Below are positions 10,460-18,949 of a stretch of 64,000 nucleotides of DNA, piece after piece; positions within the stretch are counted from its first letter, which is position 1; each line of letters begins with the position of its first letter. Made by a program: the position numbers and the translations under genes. The notes beneath the pieces were generated by a model. It made no database searches. It worked only from the letters and a program-made list of their open reading frames with translations, and was not told where the DNA came from. Origin of the DNA: Myxococcota bacterium. GTDB lineage: Bacteria > Myxococcota_A > SURF-8. The stretch is from assembly GCA_963674735.2 (NCBI GenBank), contig CAXXQS010000001.1:1152001-1216000 (forward strand), given 5' to 3'.

Positions 10460-11364
10460 GCCGTGGACGGATCTTCGATATTCAGACCAATGCCGTCTAC
10501 GATGGTCCCGGTATCCGCACGGTTGTGTTTTTCAAAGGTTGTCCGCTTCGTTGCGCGTGGTGCCACAACCCGGAATCCCAGTCGGCTCCGATTTCGATTG
10601 CGTGGATACGGAGCAAGTGCCGCCAATGCGGAATCTGCCTTTCGGTCTGCGACCAAGGTGCACGGCTTTGTCTGGGCGATTCGATAATTCGAAATGAGGC
10701 TCTTTGTACGTGCTGCGGGAACTGTGTGGAAAGTTGTCCCTCAGGTGCCGTGGCGTGGATTGGCGAAGAGATCGACGCAGAAGAACTGGCGAAAAAAGCC
10801 TTGCTCGACCGTCCTTTTTTCGAGCATTCCGGCGGCGGTGTGACGTTGAGCGGGGGCGAGCCGACGCAGCAACCCGAGTTCATGTTCGATCTCGTTCGGC
10901 GTATCAAGAAGGCGGGCGTCCACGTTGCCCTTGAAACCTGCGGATATTTTAGCGATGAGATGATGACGCATATTCTCGAAGAGGTGGACCTTGTTTTGTT
11001 CGATTTCAAGCATATCGACGATGGCAAACATCGGGAAGCGGTGGGAGTCGGTAATGCGCCTATCATTGAGAACATGATACGGGCGGTTCATTGGCCGGGC
11101 GATAAGATCCGGTTCAGGATCCCGGTGATTCCCGGGTTCAACGCCGATTCGGAAAGTTCGACGGCCATGGCGCGTTTCCTGGACGAAATCGGATATCGCG
11201 GCCAGGTCGATCTGATGGCCTATCACAACTATGCCGGATCGAAGTACGACAAAATCGGGAGAGCGGCCGACTTCGTCGATTTGGGATCGTTGAGTGAACT
11301 GCAAAAATCGGTTGTCGAGGAGAGTTTCAGGAATTGGAATCTTATTCCAGTTTGGGGAGGTTAG
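10456..11364 (+). CDS. Glycyl-radical activating enzyme (radical SAM with ferredoxin insert)
   Basis: DGPGIRTVVFFKGCPLRCAWCHNPE; two CxxCxxCxxxC motifs; GGVTLSGGEP; ATGA overlap with the GRE. Confidence 0.95.
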   Translation: MSRGRIFDIQTNAVYDGPGIRTVVFFKGCPLRCAWCHNPESQSAPISIAWIRSKCRQCGICLSVCDQGARLCLGDSIIRNEALCTCCGNCVESCPSGAVAWIGEEIDAEELAKKALLDRPFFEHSGGGVTLSGGEPTQQPEFMFDLVRRIKKAGVHVALETCGYFSDEMMTHILEEVDLVLFDFKHIDDGKHREAVGVGNAPIIENMIRAVHWPGDKIRFRIPVIPGFNADSESSTAMARFLDEIGYRGQVDLMAYHNYAGSKYDKIGRAADFVDLGSLSELQKSVVEESFRNWNLIPVWGG

Positions 11365-11365
11365 G

Positions 11366-13201
11366 ATGGGGGAGATGGAATCGATGGATCGAAAACGCAC
11401 GGTCCTTGTCATCGGTGCGGACGGTTTGCTCGGGAGTCATTTGGTTCGAGCCTTGCAGGTTCAACAGTATCGCGTTCGTGTTTTCAAACAGCCTGGCAGT
11501 TCGTCGCCGACATTAGACGAACTCGACTTGGAAATCTTCGAGGGGGATCTGCTTGACGAGGGGGATTCTCTCGCGGAGGCCATGCAGGGGTGTGATACCG
11601 TTTTTCACTTGGCTGCGATCACCGATCTGTGGGCGGATGAGAAAAAGGTTTGGCAAGTCAACTACGATGGCACGCGAAACGTGCTCGATGCCTGTCTGGC
11701 GGCCCATATCAGGCGCTTGATTTTCACCGGTTCCGCAAGCTCGTTTCAGTTCGGTTCGATGGATCGTCCGGGGGATGAGCGCAATTCATTTGCGCCCGAA
11801 TATCGCGGTATCGCGTATATGGAGTCGAAACACAAGGCCATGGAGTTGGTCTTGGACTATGCCGAGTCCAAAGGCTTGGATGCGCTGGTGGTTGCACCGA
11901 CCTTCATGTTGGGCGATCTCGACTGGCGGCCGAGTTCGGGCGAATTGATTCGCCAGTTTATCGCGCGCGGCATGCGGGTCACCTCGCCGGGAGGACGCAA
12001 CTTCGCTCACGTAAGCGATGTCGCCCAGGCGATGGTCAATGCGATCGACAAAGGCAAGAGCGGCGAATGCTACATTCTGGGCGGAGAAAATCTGCGCTAT
12101 CTGGATTTCTTTACCAAGGTGGCCGCCATCGCCGGGTGTGAACCGCCAAAGCGCGTGATCCCGAAAGTCGCCTTGCAGATTGCGGGTCTGATTGGATCGC
12201 TCATCGGAAAACTGACCGGCCGCCGGGTCGCGTTAAATCGCACGTTGGCCAAGCTATCCTTGATGGGTACCTATTACAGCTCGGAAAAGGCGATCCGCGA
12301 ACTGGATATGCCGCAAACGCCGATTGAAAGCGGTATCGAAAAAACGATTAAAAGCCTGTTGAGTTACCGACATATATACGCGGAGGAATCCGCAGCTTTT
12401 AAAGGGAAGGTGGCGCTCATTACCGGTGCGTCGCGCGGGGTCGGGTTTTCGGTCGCACGTGAACTGGTCAAGCGCGGCGCGAAGGTCGTTCTGAGTGCCC
12501 GAGGTGAAAGGCGTCTGCTCGATTCCAGAGATAAGCTGGAACGTCTCGGAGGTGACGTGGCGGCCGTAACCGGTGATGTGGGCAAGTGGGACGATGCCCG
12601 GCGCATGGTTGAGGTCGCCCACGACCGATTCGGCAAAATCGATATTCTGGTGAATAACGCCGGGATTTCGATGCGGGGGAAATTTCACGAGCTTTCGCCC
12701 GAAGTCTGTACCGACACCATCACCACCAACCTGCTGGGGAGCGTTTATCTAACGAAAGCCGCTATCGACGACATCCGCGAGACGAAAGGCCATGTCGTTT
12801 TCGTCTCCAGCATCGCCGGTTTGTTCGGGCTGCCGGGAGCCTCGACGTATTGCGCATCCAAGGCCGCCTTGACGGGCTTGAGCGAATCGCTGCGTCTGGA
12901 ACTGATTCCGGAGGGGGTTCACTCGGGGGTGGTCTATCTCGGCTTCACCGAACACGATCCCGAAAAAACGATTTTGGCTGCGGACGGAACCGGGGTGCGT
13001 CCCGACCGCCCCGCGCACCACACGCAAGTCTTCGCTGCCTCACTGATCGTGGATATGCTGGTGAAACGGAAACGTCGCATCATCATGACGCCTGCCGGAG
13101 TGTTGGGTGGGTTGGTTTACCGGTTTTCTCCCGGTTTCGTCGAGTGGGCGATTCTAAAGGCACAGTCCATGCAAATTGGGACTTTTAAAAAATTTTCATA
13201 A
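11366..13201 (+). CDS. Fusion: extended SDR (3-beta-HSD/HpnA-like epimerase-dehydratase) + classical SDR
   Basis: N domain GADGLLGS and YMESK; C domain TGASRGVG, NNAG, YCASK. Confidence 0.88.
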   Translation: MGEMESMDRKRTVLVIGADGLLGSHLVRALQVQQYRVRVFKQPGSSSPTLDELDLEIFEGDLLDEGDSLAEAMQGCDTVFHLAAITDLWADEKKVWQVNYDGTRNVLDACLAAHIRRLIFTGSASSFQFGSMDRPGDERNSFAPEYRGIAYMESKHKAMELVLDYAESKGLDALVVAPTFMLGDLDWRPSSGELIRQFIARGMRVTSPGGRNFAHVSDVAQAMVNAIDKGKSGECYILGGENLRYLDFFTKVAAIAGCEPPKRVIPKVALQIAGLIGSLIGKLTGRRVALNRTLAKLSLMGTYYSSEKAIRELDMPQTPIESGIEKTIKSLLSYRHIYAEESAAFKGKVALITGASRGVGFSVARELVKRGAKVVLSARGERRLLDSRDKLERLGGDVAAVTGDVGKWDDARRMVEVAHDRFGKIDILVNNAGISMRGKFHELSPEVCTDTITTNLLGSVYLTKAAIDDIRETKGHVVFVSSIAGLFGLPGASTYCASKAALTGLSESLRLELIPEGVHSGVVYLGFTEHDPEKTILAADGTGVRPDRPAHHTQVFAASLIVDMLVKRKRRIIMTPAGVLGGLVYRFSPGFVEWAILKAQSMQIGTFKKFS

Positions 13202-13222
13202 CGTTCAACACAGGAGAGCAAG

Positions 13223-13987
13223 ATGGGATTTGTCAAAACGAAGGAAGAATTGGACAAGTATTTCGCGCTAGGCGTGCGCAAATTCAGTGGCGCTCAAATG
13301 ATGGGGGTGATGTTCTCGGCACCGGCCGACGTGACCGCCGCGCTGTTACCGGCACCCTTGGAGCAGGCGGATATGCCGGGCGGTTTGATCTTCATCGCGC
13401 AATACCCGGAAACCAACCTCGGTGAAGGTTACCACGAGGCGGCGTTGTTCATCCGCTGCAAATACAAGGGAGAAGCGGGGGCGTATTGCCTCTCCATGCC
13501 CATCGACAACGAAGCCCGCATGCATAACGGGCGCGACATCTTCGGCTTCCCCAAGAAAATGGCCAACATTCAGTTCGAGAAAAACGGCAACAAATTGAAA
13601 GGGTCTGTTGAGCGCAACGGTATTCGGTTTATCGAGATCGATATCGAACTTTCAGGTTCCCTCCCCGAACTGCCGCCGACCGGTCCCACCTATCTGTTCA
13701 AGGCCATGCCGAAAATCGACTTGACGCCGGGATTCGACGGCCCGGTTTTTCTGGTGCAGCAGAAAACCGACGTCAAGCTGCAAAGCCTTGAAATCGGAAC
13801 CGCCGATGTGAAGTTGACTCCTTCGGAGTCCGATCCGTGGGCGGAAATCGAAGGATTGGCGCCCATGATGGCGTTCTATATCGTCAGCGATAACACCATG
13901 ATGCCTGGAAAGATTCTGGAAGAAGTGAACCCGGAAAGTTTCCTTCCCCATTACTACAAGATGACGGATTTCTCGGCCGGGAAGTAA
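13223..13987 (+). CDS. Acetoacetate decarboxylase family protein
   Basis: YHEAAL and GRDIFGFPKK (Schiff-base Lys) motifs. Confidence 0.88.
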   Translation: MGFVKTKEELDKYFALGVRKFSGAQMMGVMFSAPADVTAALLPAPLEQADMPGGLIFIAQYPETNLGEGYHEAALFIRCKYKGEAGAYCLSMPIDNEARMHNGRDIFGFPKKMANIQFEKNGNKLKGSVERNGIRFIEIDIELSGSLPELPPTGPTYLFKAMPKIDLTPGFDGPVFLVQQKTDVKLQSLEIGTADVKLTPSESDPWAEIEGLAPMMAFYIVSDNTMMPGKILEEVNPESFLPHYYKMTDFSAGK

Positions 13988-13999
13988 AGGAGGACGACC

Positions 14000-15202
14000 A
14001 TGATCGATTTCAGTCTTTCGGAAACCCAGGATCAATTCGTCAAAACCGCGCGGGATTTCGGTAAAAATGTCTTGCAACCGGCGGAAATCGAATTGGATAA
14101 GATGGCCGATGCCGAGGCGGCATTTCATTCGGAAACGTTTCGAAACCTGCTGGCGCAAGCCTTCGAACTCGGTTTTCACAAAATGGGGATGAAAGAGGAG
14201 TTCGGGGGGCTGGGGCTGGATGCCAATACCACCGGCCTGATCTGGGAGGAGCTGGCCCGTTACGGCGCAGGATTTACCGCCTCCCTGATGGCGGGCTCCG
14301 TCGTTCCGGCCCTGATCGCCTTTCTGGCCCCCGGCAACAAGGAGTTGCTCGACCGCTACGTCACGCCGTATTGCGAAGACACGACCGGGCAGACCATCAC
14401 CGCCTGGGGGAGCAGCGAGCCGGATGTGGGATCGGACGGAAAGAACTACTACACGGAGTCGGTGAAGCACAAAACATCCGCGACAAAAACGGAAACCGGA
14501 TTCGTCATCAACGGGGCGAAATCGAATTTCATCAGCAACGGTTCCATCGCCAAGGATTACATCGTCTTCGCCTGCCTGCAACCCGAACTCGGCATTCGCG
14601 GGTCGGGGGCGTTCATCGTGCCCGGTGATGCGCCCGGCATGACGCGCGGGAAGACGGTCGATCGCATCGGCATGCGCGCCTTGAATCAAGCTCCCATCTA
14701 TTTCGACGATCTGGAGATCCCGGAAAGTCACCTGATCTTTCCTCCCGGCGACGCCTATCCGATGCTGCATCATTCCATCATGACGGTCGGCAATCTCGGG
14801 ACCGGCTACCTGGCTTTGGGATTGATGCGGGCGGCCTACGAGGAAGCCTTGGCTTATTCCAAGGAGCGAGTCCAGTGGGGGAGGCCAATCAAAGAGCATC
14901 AGCTTGTCACCAAAAAGCTGTTCGATATCCAGGCCTCGATCTCGGCGTGTCGAGCCTTGCTTTGGCGGGGAAGTTGGCACTGTAAAAACAATTTTCCCGG
15001 CGATCTCGTAACCAGCGTCAGCGCGAAAGTCTTAACCACCGAGCAGGCGGTCAAGCACACCGCTGAAATGGTGCAGGTTTTGGGCGGCTACGGCATAACC
15101 AAAGACTACAAACTCGAAAAATACATGCGTGATGCGCCCCTGTTGCAGATCATGGACGGCACCAACGATACCTTGATGATGGAAGCGGCAACGCTGCTTT
15201 AA
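14000..15202 (+). CDS. Acyl-CoA dehydrogenase family protein
   Basis: SEPDVGSD, INGAKSNFISNG, RVQWGRPI, QVLGGYG, EKYMRDA motifs. Confidence 0.92.
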   Translation: MIDFSLSETQDQFVKTARDFGKNVLQPAEIELDKMADAEAAFHSETFRNLLAQAFELGFHKMGMKEEFGGLGLDANTTGLIWEELARYGAGFTASLMAGSVVPALIAFLAPGNKELLDRYVTPYCEDTTGQTITAWGSSEPDVGSDGKNYYTESVKHKTSATKTETGFVINGAKSNFISNGSIAKDYIVFACLQPELGIRGSGAFIVPGDAPGMTRGKTVDRIGMRALNQAPIYFDDLEIPESHLIFPPGDAYPMLHHSIMTVGNLGTGYLALGLMRAAYEEALAYSKERVQWGRPIKEHQLVTKKLFDIQASISACRALLWRGSWHCKNNFPGDLVTSVSAKVLTTEQAVKHTAEMVQVLGGYGITKDYKLEKYMRDAPLLQIMDGTNDTLMMEAATLL

Positions 15203-15210
15203 GGAGCAAA

Positions 15211-16053
15211 ATGGAGCACGCGTTTATATACGGGATCATGCTCGGCATGCTGGGCGCCTTGATGATGAATATCGGAAAGGGCGTTCAGAAACAGTACGTG
15301 CACATCTTTCTGGCGGGCCGGGGCTTTTTGCGAGCGGAGCATCGGAGAACCTTGGTTCTCTGGTCGCTCGGCTTTCTGGTGACCGCCAGTTCTATTTTTC
15401 CCTATACGCTGGCCTTGAAGATGACAAAGTCTCCCGCCTGTATTTCGGCCATGACCGGCATCGGTTTGACCGGCCTCGGACTCTATGCCGTTTGGGTGAT
15501 CGGCGAAAAGCTGAGCCGTCGCGACTTGTTCGGAATGGGGCTGATTGTCGTCGGCACCTCGCTTTTGGGTTATCTGGGGGGCGATCAAGCGGCGAACGTT
15601 CGGCAGTTGGTCGATACGAGGCTGGCCTTGGCAGGCTTTTCCATCGTCGTGGTCGCGGCCGGTATCTGTCTGTTATCGAAACGCCTCCCGCGTATTCATG
15701 GTATCGCCTTCGGTTCCGCGGCCGGAATGGCCATCGGACTCTCCATCTTTCTGGGCGATGCGGCTTTGGTCAAGGCCGGGGGCTCGCTGACCGGGCAATT
15801 GTCCAATCCCTATCCCTACATCGCGCTGGCGTCCGCCGCTTCGGCGACCGTTATCACGCAGGTCGGGTTTTTGAAAAGCCGCGCCATCGAGGTGGTATCG
15901 GCAGTCAACTCGGCGGCGATTCTCACTCCTTTGGTCTTGGAACTGATCGTCTACGGCTCGATTCCCGACTTTAAAAGACTGCTTCTGATAGCGTTGATCC
16001 TGACGGGTGTGATAGTCTTGTCCGGCGGAGCCGCCTCCCGAATTCCTTCCTGA
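15211..16053 (+). CDS. Polytopic membrane protein, DMT-like
   Basis: About 9 TM segments; GKGVQK and GEKLSRRD motifs. Confidence 0.6.
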   Translation: MEHAFIYGIMLGMLGALMMNIGKGVQKQYVHIFLAGRGFLRAEHRRTLVLWSLGFLVTASSIFPYTLALKMTKSPACISAMTGIGLTGLGLYAVWVIGEKLSRRDLFGMGLIVVGTSLLGYLGGDQAANVRQLVDTRLALAGFSIVVVAAGICLLSKRLPRIHGIAFGSAAGMAIGLSIFLGDAALVKAGGSLTGQLSNPYPYIALASAASATVITQVGFLKSRAIEVVSAVNSAAILTPLVLELIVYGSIPDFKRLLLIALILTGVIVLSGGAASRIPS

Positions 16054-16076
16054 GAAGTCCGATGGAGTGTGCTTGA

Positions 16077-16829
16077 ATGATAATCGGTTTTCATCTTGAA
16101 TTTATGGCGCTGATGGGCATCGTCGCGCTGGGCTGTCTGGTGGGGGCCGCGACGGGCTTCGGGAGCTCGACGATCATCATGACCCTTGCGGTGCTTCTGT
16201 TTCCGATCAAGGCGATCGTGGCGGTGATCATTCCGCTGAACGTCGTGATCTGCCTTTACTTGGTTCTAAAATATCGCGACGGCATCGACGCGCGCCTATT
16301 GTTTTTGCGCATCGTTCCCCTCACCGTGCTCGGCATGCCCCTGGGCTTGCTTATCTTCGAACTGGCCGACACCAACCGCATGAAGCCATTCTTTGGTGCA
16401 TTTGTGATTCTGCTCTCGATATTCGAGCTGTGGCGCAGCAGACAAAACACGGATGGCCCGCGACCGTCACCCAAGCTTGCCTCGTCTGCTTTTTGGCTTG
16501 TTACCGGCGGCGTCATTCAGGGTTTGTGGGTAACCGGCGGACCCCTGGTGGCGTACTGGGCCAGCCGAGCCATCGACAACAAGCACGAGTTTCGCAGCAC
16601 CTTAAGCGCGCTTTGGTTGATTCTGAACGTGATTCTGCTGGTCAGCCACGGTGTGACGGGAACCATCGACTTGGGAACGGCCAAGGTCAGCCTGGCGCTC
16701 ATACCTGCCTTGATGCTGGGGATTGCGCTGGGCGAGCGTATCCATCATTATCTGCCTGAACGTTCCTTCAAAATGTTGGTGTATATCGTTCTGCTCTTTT
16801 CCGGTACGGCGATTCTGCTCAGTGATTGA
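16077..16829 (+). CDS. TauE/SafE (TSUP) family exporter
   Basis: GAATGFG, GMPLG, GGPLV and FRSTL motifs; about 8 TM. Confidence 0.85.
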   Translation: MIIGFHLEFMALMGIVALGCLVGAATGFGSSTIIMTLAVLLFPIKAIVAVIIPLNVVICLYLVLKYRDGIDARLLFLRIVPLTVLGMPLGLLIFELADTNRMKPFFGAFVILLSIFELWRSRQNTDGPRPSPKLASSAFWLVTGGVIQGLWVTGGPLVAYWASRAIDNKHEFRSTLSALWLILNVILLVSHGVTGTIDLGTAKVSLALIPALMLGIALGERIHHYLPERSFKMLVYIVLLFSGTAILLSD

Positions 16830-16898
16830 AGAATTCTGCCGATAGCTATCAATCCGATCCGTTCTAAAGTCTGTCGGGCGCGAGCCGGTAGCCCAAAC

Positions 16899-16929
16899 GA
16901 AAAACGGCCGGGACTCATCGCCCCGGCCG
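16899..16929 (-). terminator. Terminator between convergent tauE and prxU
   Basis: CGGCCGGG-N-CCCGGCCG hairpin preceded on + by an A run (U tail on -). Confidence 0.65.
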
Positions 16930-16969
16930 AAATCTGAATGAGGCCGACGCGCTGCGCCGACCGATCTAT

Positions 16970-17689
16970 TTATTCAGTCGGTTTCCAAACCTTCCACACT
17001 TTGCCAACCAACTCGGGGCCGACCTTCAATACCGGTTGTCCGGGCTCCCAACCGGCCGGGCAAACCTCGGCACCGGCGGTTGCACGCACATGCTGGAACG
17101 CCTGAAGCTGGCGAATCGACTCATCGACCTTGCGGCCGACAGGCGGAGTCAGGATTTCGATGGCCTGCACCACGCCGTCCGGATCGATGATGAAGCGACC
17201 GCGCACGTCCACGCCTCCGGCTTCATCGTAAATGCCGTAGACGGAGCCGATACGGCCACCCGCATCCGAGAGCATAGGGAAGGGGAATCCGCCCTTCACC
17301 ATCTTGCTCAGTTCATCTTCGTTCCAGATTTTGTGCACGAAACGGCTGTCCGTGCTGCACGCGAGAACTTGTACGCCCAGTTTGTTGAAGACTTCGGCCT
17401 TGCCGGCGACCGCCGACAGTTCCGTGGGTCAAACAAAGGTGAAGTCACCGGGGTAAAAGCATAGGAATACCCATTTCCCCTTGTAATCCGACAGTTTGAC
17501 TGTTTTGAAGCCACCCTGATGAAAGGCCGATGCCTCAAAATCAGGTGCTTCCTTGCCTACCATTACTTGCATGGCAGTGCCTCCCTTTTCATTAGATGTA
17601 TCATCCGTTTTCATCTCGTCCGGTTTCGCTGCGGCCGAAATCGGCCCCTTGGCCGGTTGGACACAGCCTTCCGGCTGCTTGCTGGCCAT
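16970..17689 (-). CDS. prxU: Selenocysteine-containing peroxiredoxin (AhpC/PrxU type), TGA at 17429-17431 read as Sec
   Basis: ORFs 17429-17689 and 16970-17338 share a frame; readthrough gives [18 protein letters not shown] with TGA at the peroxidatic Cys position, and EVCPAGW as resolving motif. Confidence 0.9.
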
Positions 17690-17739
17690 TTGCCCTCCTT
17701 TCTCTTGAAAAAGAGATATGTAAAAGAAACTCCCACATC

Positions 17740-17768
17740 ATGATAACGAGAGTGAAAAGCGGATGCAA
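17740..17768 (-). promoter_or_regulatory. Putative sigma70 promoter of prxU
   Basis: TTGCAT-N17-TATCAT on the minus strand. Confidence 0.5.
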
Positions 17769-17859
17769 TGGTGAAGTTGAAAGAAATTAAAAGGATTACA
17801 AATTCAGGAATTGGGAGTCGGGCTTAGGAATGGGGGGTTGTTTTTGTTACCAATCCCGT

Positions 17860-17928
17860 GTTGGAGCACACCTCCGGCGGGCTCCGGGCCTAGCGTATCT
17901 GAAGAGTGGGTCGGAGATCGGCCCCAAC
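17860..17928. repeat. Dispersed structured intergenic repeat, copy 1
   Basis: 17860-17895 matches the reverse complement of 35208-35243 at 29/36 positions; both are followed by an AGTGG-hairpin-CCA segment. Confidence 0.55.
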
Positions 17929-17945
17929 CTTGGAACGGCTCGTTT

Positions 17946-18332
17946 TTAGTGATTGGCCGCTTCTTTATCGGATTCTGCTCCGTTTTCCGGTACGTAAACC
18001 ACTTCGCCGCTGGGAAGACGATAGGCGATACCGAGTCGTTGGCCGTTCCCGCCGATTTCTTCTTCGGTCATGCGGTAGCGATCGATTTTGACGCCTTTTT
18101 TCATGATGATTTCCATGTCGGGTTTTCCGGCATTTTTGATGATCGTGATATCTTCGGGCGAATTTAACAGCTCCGGGACGCTCAACGCCGTGAACATGGC
18201 CAGAATCAAAGCCACCGCGAAGACCATGGCGACGTCGAAGAGGTTGGCTACGGCTCCCAAGGGATCGTCCTCCGATTGTTCGAGCAGGCGTTTATAGCGG
18301 GGCCGGGTGTTTGGGTGTGATAAACGGCTCAT
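17946..18332 (-). CDS. DUF2149 family protein
   Basis: DPLGAVANLFDVAMVFAVAL and G.AYRL..GEVVYVPE motifs. Confidence 0.9.
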   Translation of the reverse strand: MSRLSHPNTRPRYKRLLEQSEDDPLGAVANLFDVAMVFAVALILAMFTALSVPELLNSPEDITIIKNAGKPDMEIIMKKGVKIDRYRMTEEEIGGNGQRLGIAYRLPSGEVVYVPENGAESDKEAANH

Positions 18333-18949
18333 GATTGTGCGGCCTCCACGACAGTCGAAATCATGCTTTCCGCCTCGTCGATATCCTTTGCATACCAATA
18401 CTGCCGGTTGATCAGCATCACGTAAAACAAGGCGCCCACCAGCAGCCCGGCAACCGTGGTGCTGAACGCGATGATCAAATCGTTCGACATCACCGTCAGG
18501 TTGCCTTGCGAAATGTTCATCAGCGCCGGACCCATGGGAATCAGCGTGCCCATCAGACCGAGAACCGGCCCGATGCGCAAGCCGATGCGCAGGCGCGACC
18601 AGCGGCGGGCCGCTTCGAATTCCAACTCGTGCAGCAGGCGTTCGTAGTGGACCGTCCGCAAGGGTTGTGTTGGTGACCGTAGCGAAACAGCCCGTGACTT
18701 GACCAACTCCGGCGCGTGGGGGCCGGTCAGAAGGTCGAGCAACTCCTTTTCATCCACCTTTTCGCCAAGCGCGAAGGCCGAGACGCAGGATTGCCAGTCG
18801 CCATGTCGGTGTCGTCGTTCGAACCATTCCCGCAGGAACGCGCCGATTTCGAACAAGGCCCAGATCAAAGCCAATAAAACCCCCAGCACGACGGGAGCCT
18901 TGAGCGCAACCGTAATGCTGTACAGGATGGCGATGGCGAGATCAATCAT
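18329..18949 (-). CDS. MotA/TolQ/ExbB proton channel family protein
   Basis: RIGPVLGLMGTLIPMGPAL...IAFSTTVAGL. Confidence 0.9.
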   Translation of the reverse strand: MIDLAIAILYSITVALKAPVVLGVLLALIWALFEIGAFLREWFERRHRHGDWQSCVSAFALGEKVDEKELLDLLTGPHAPELVKSRAVSLRSPTQPLRTVHYERLLHELEFEAARRWSRLRIGLRIGPVLGLMGTLIPMGPALMNISQGNLTVMSNDLIIAFSTTVAGLLVGALFYVMLINRQYWYAKDIDEAESMISTVVEAAQS

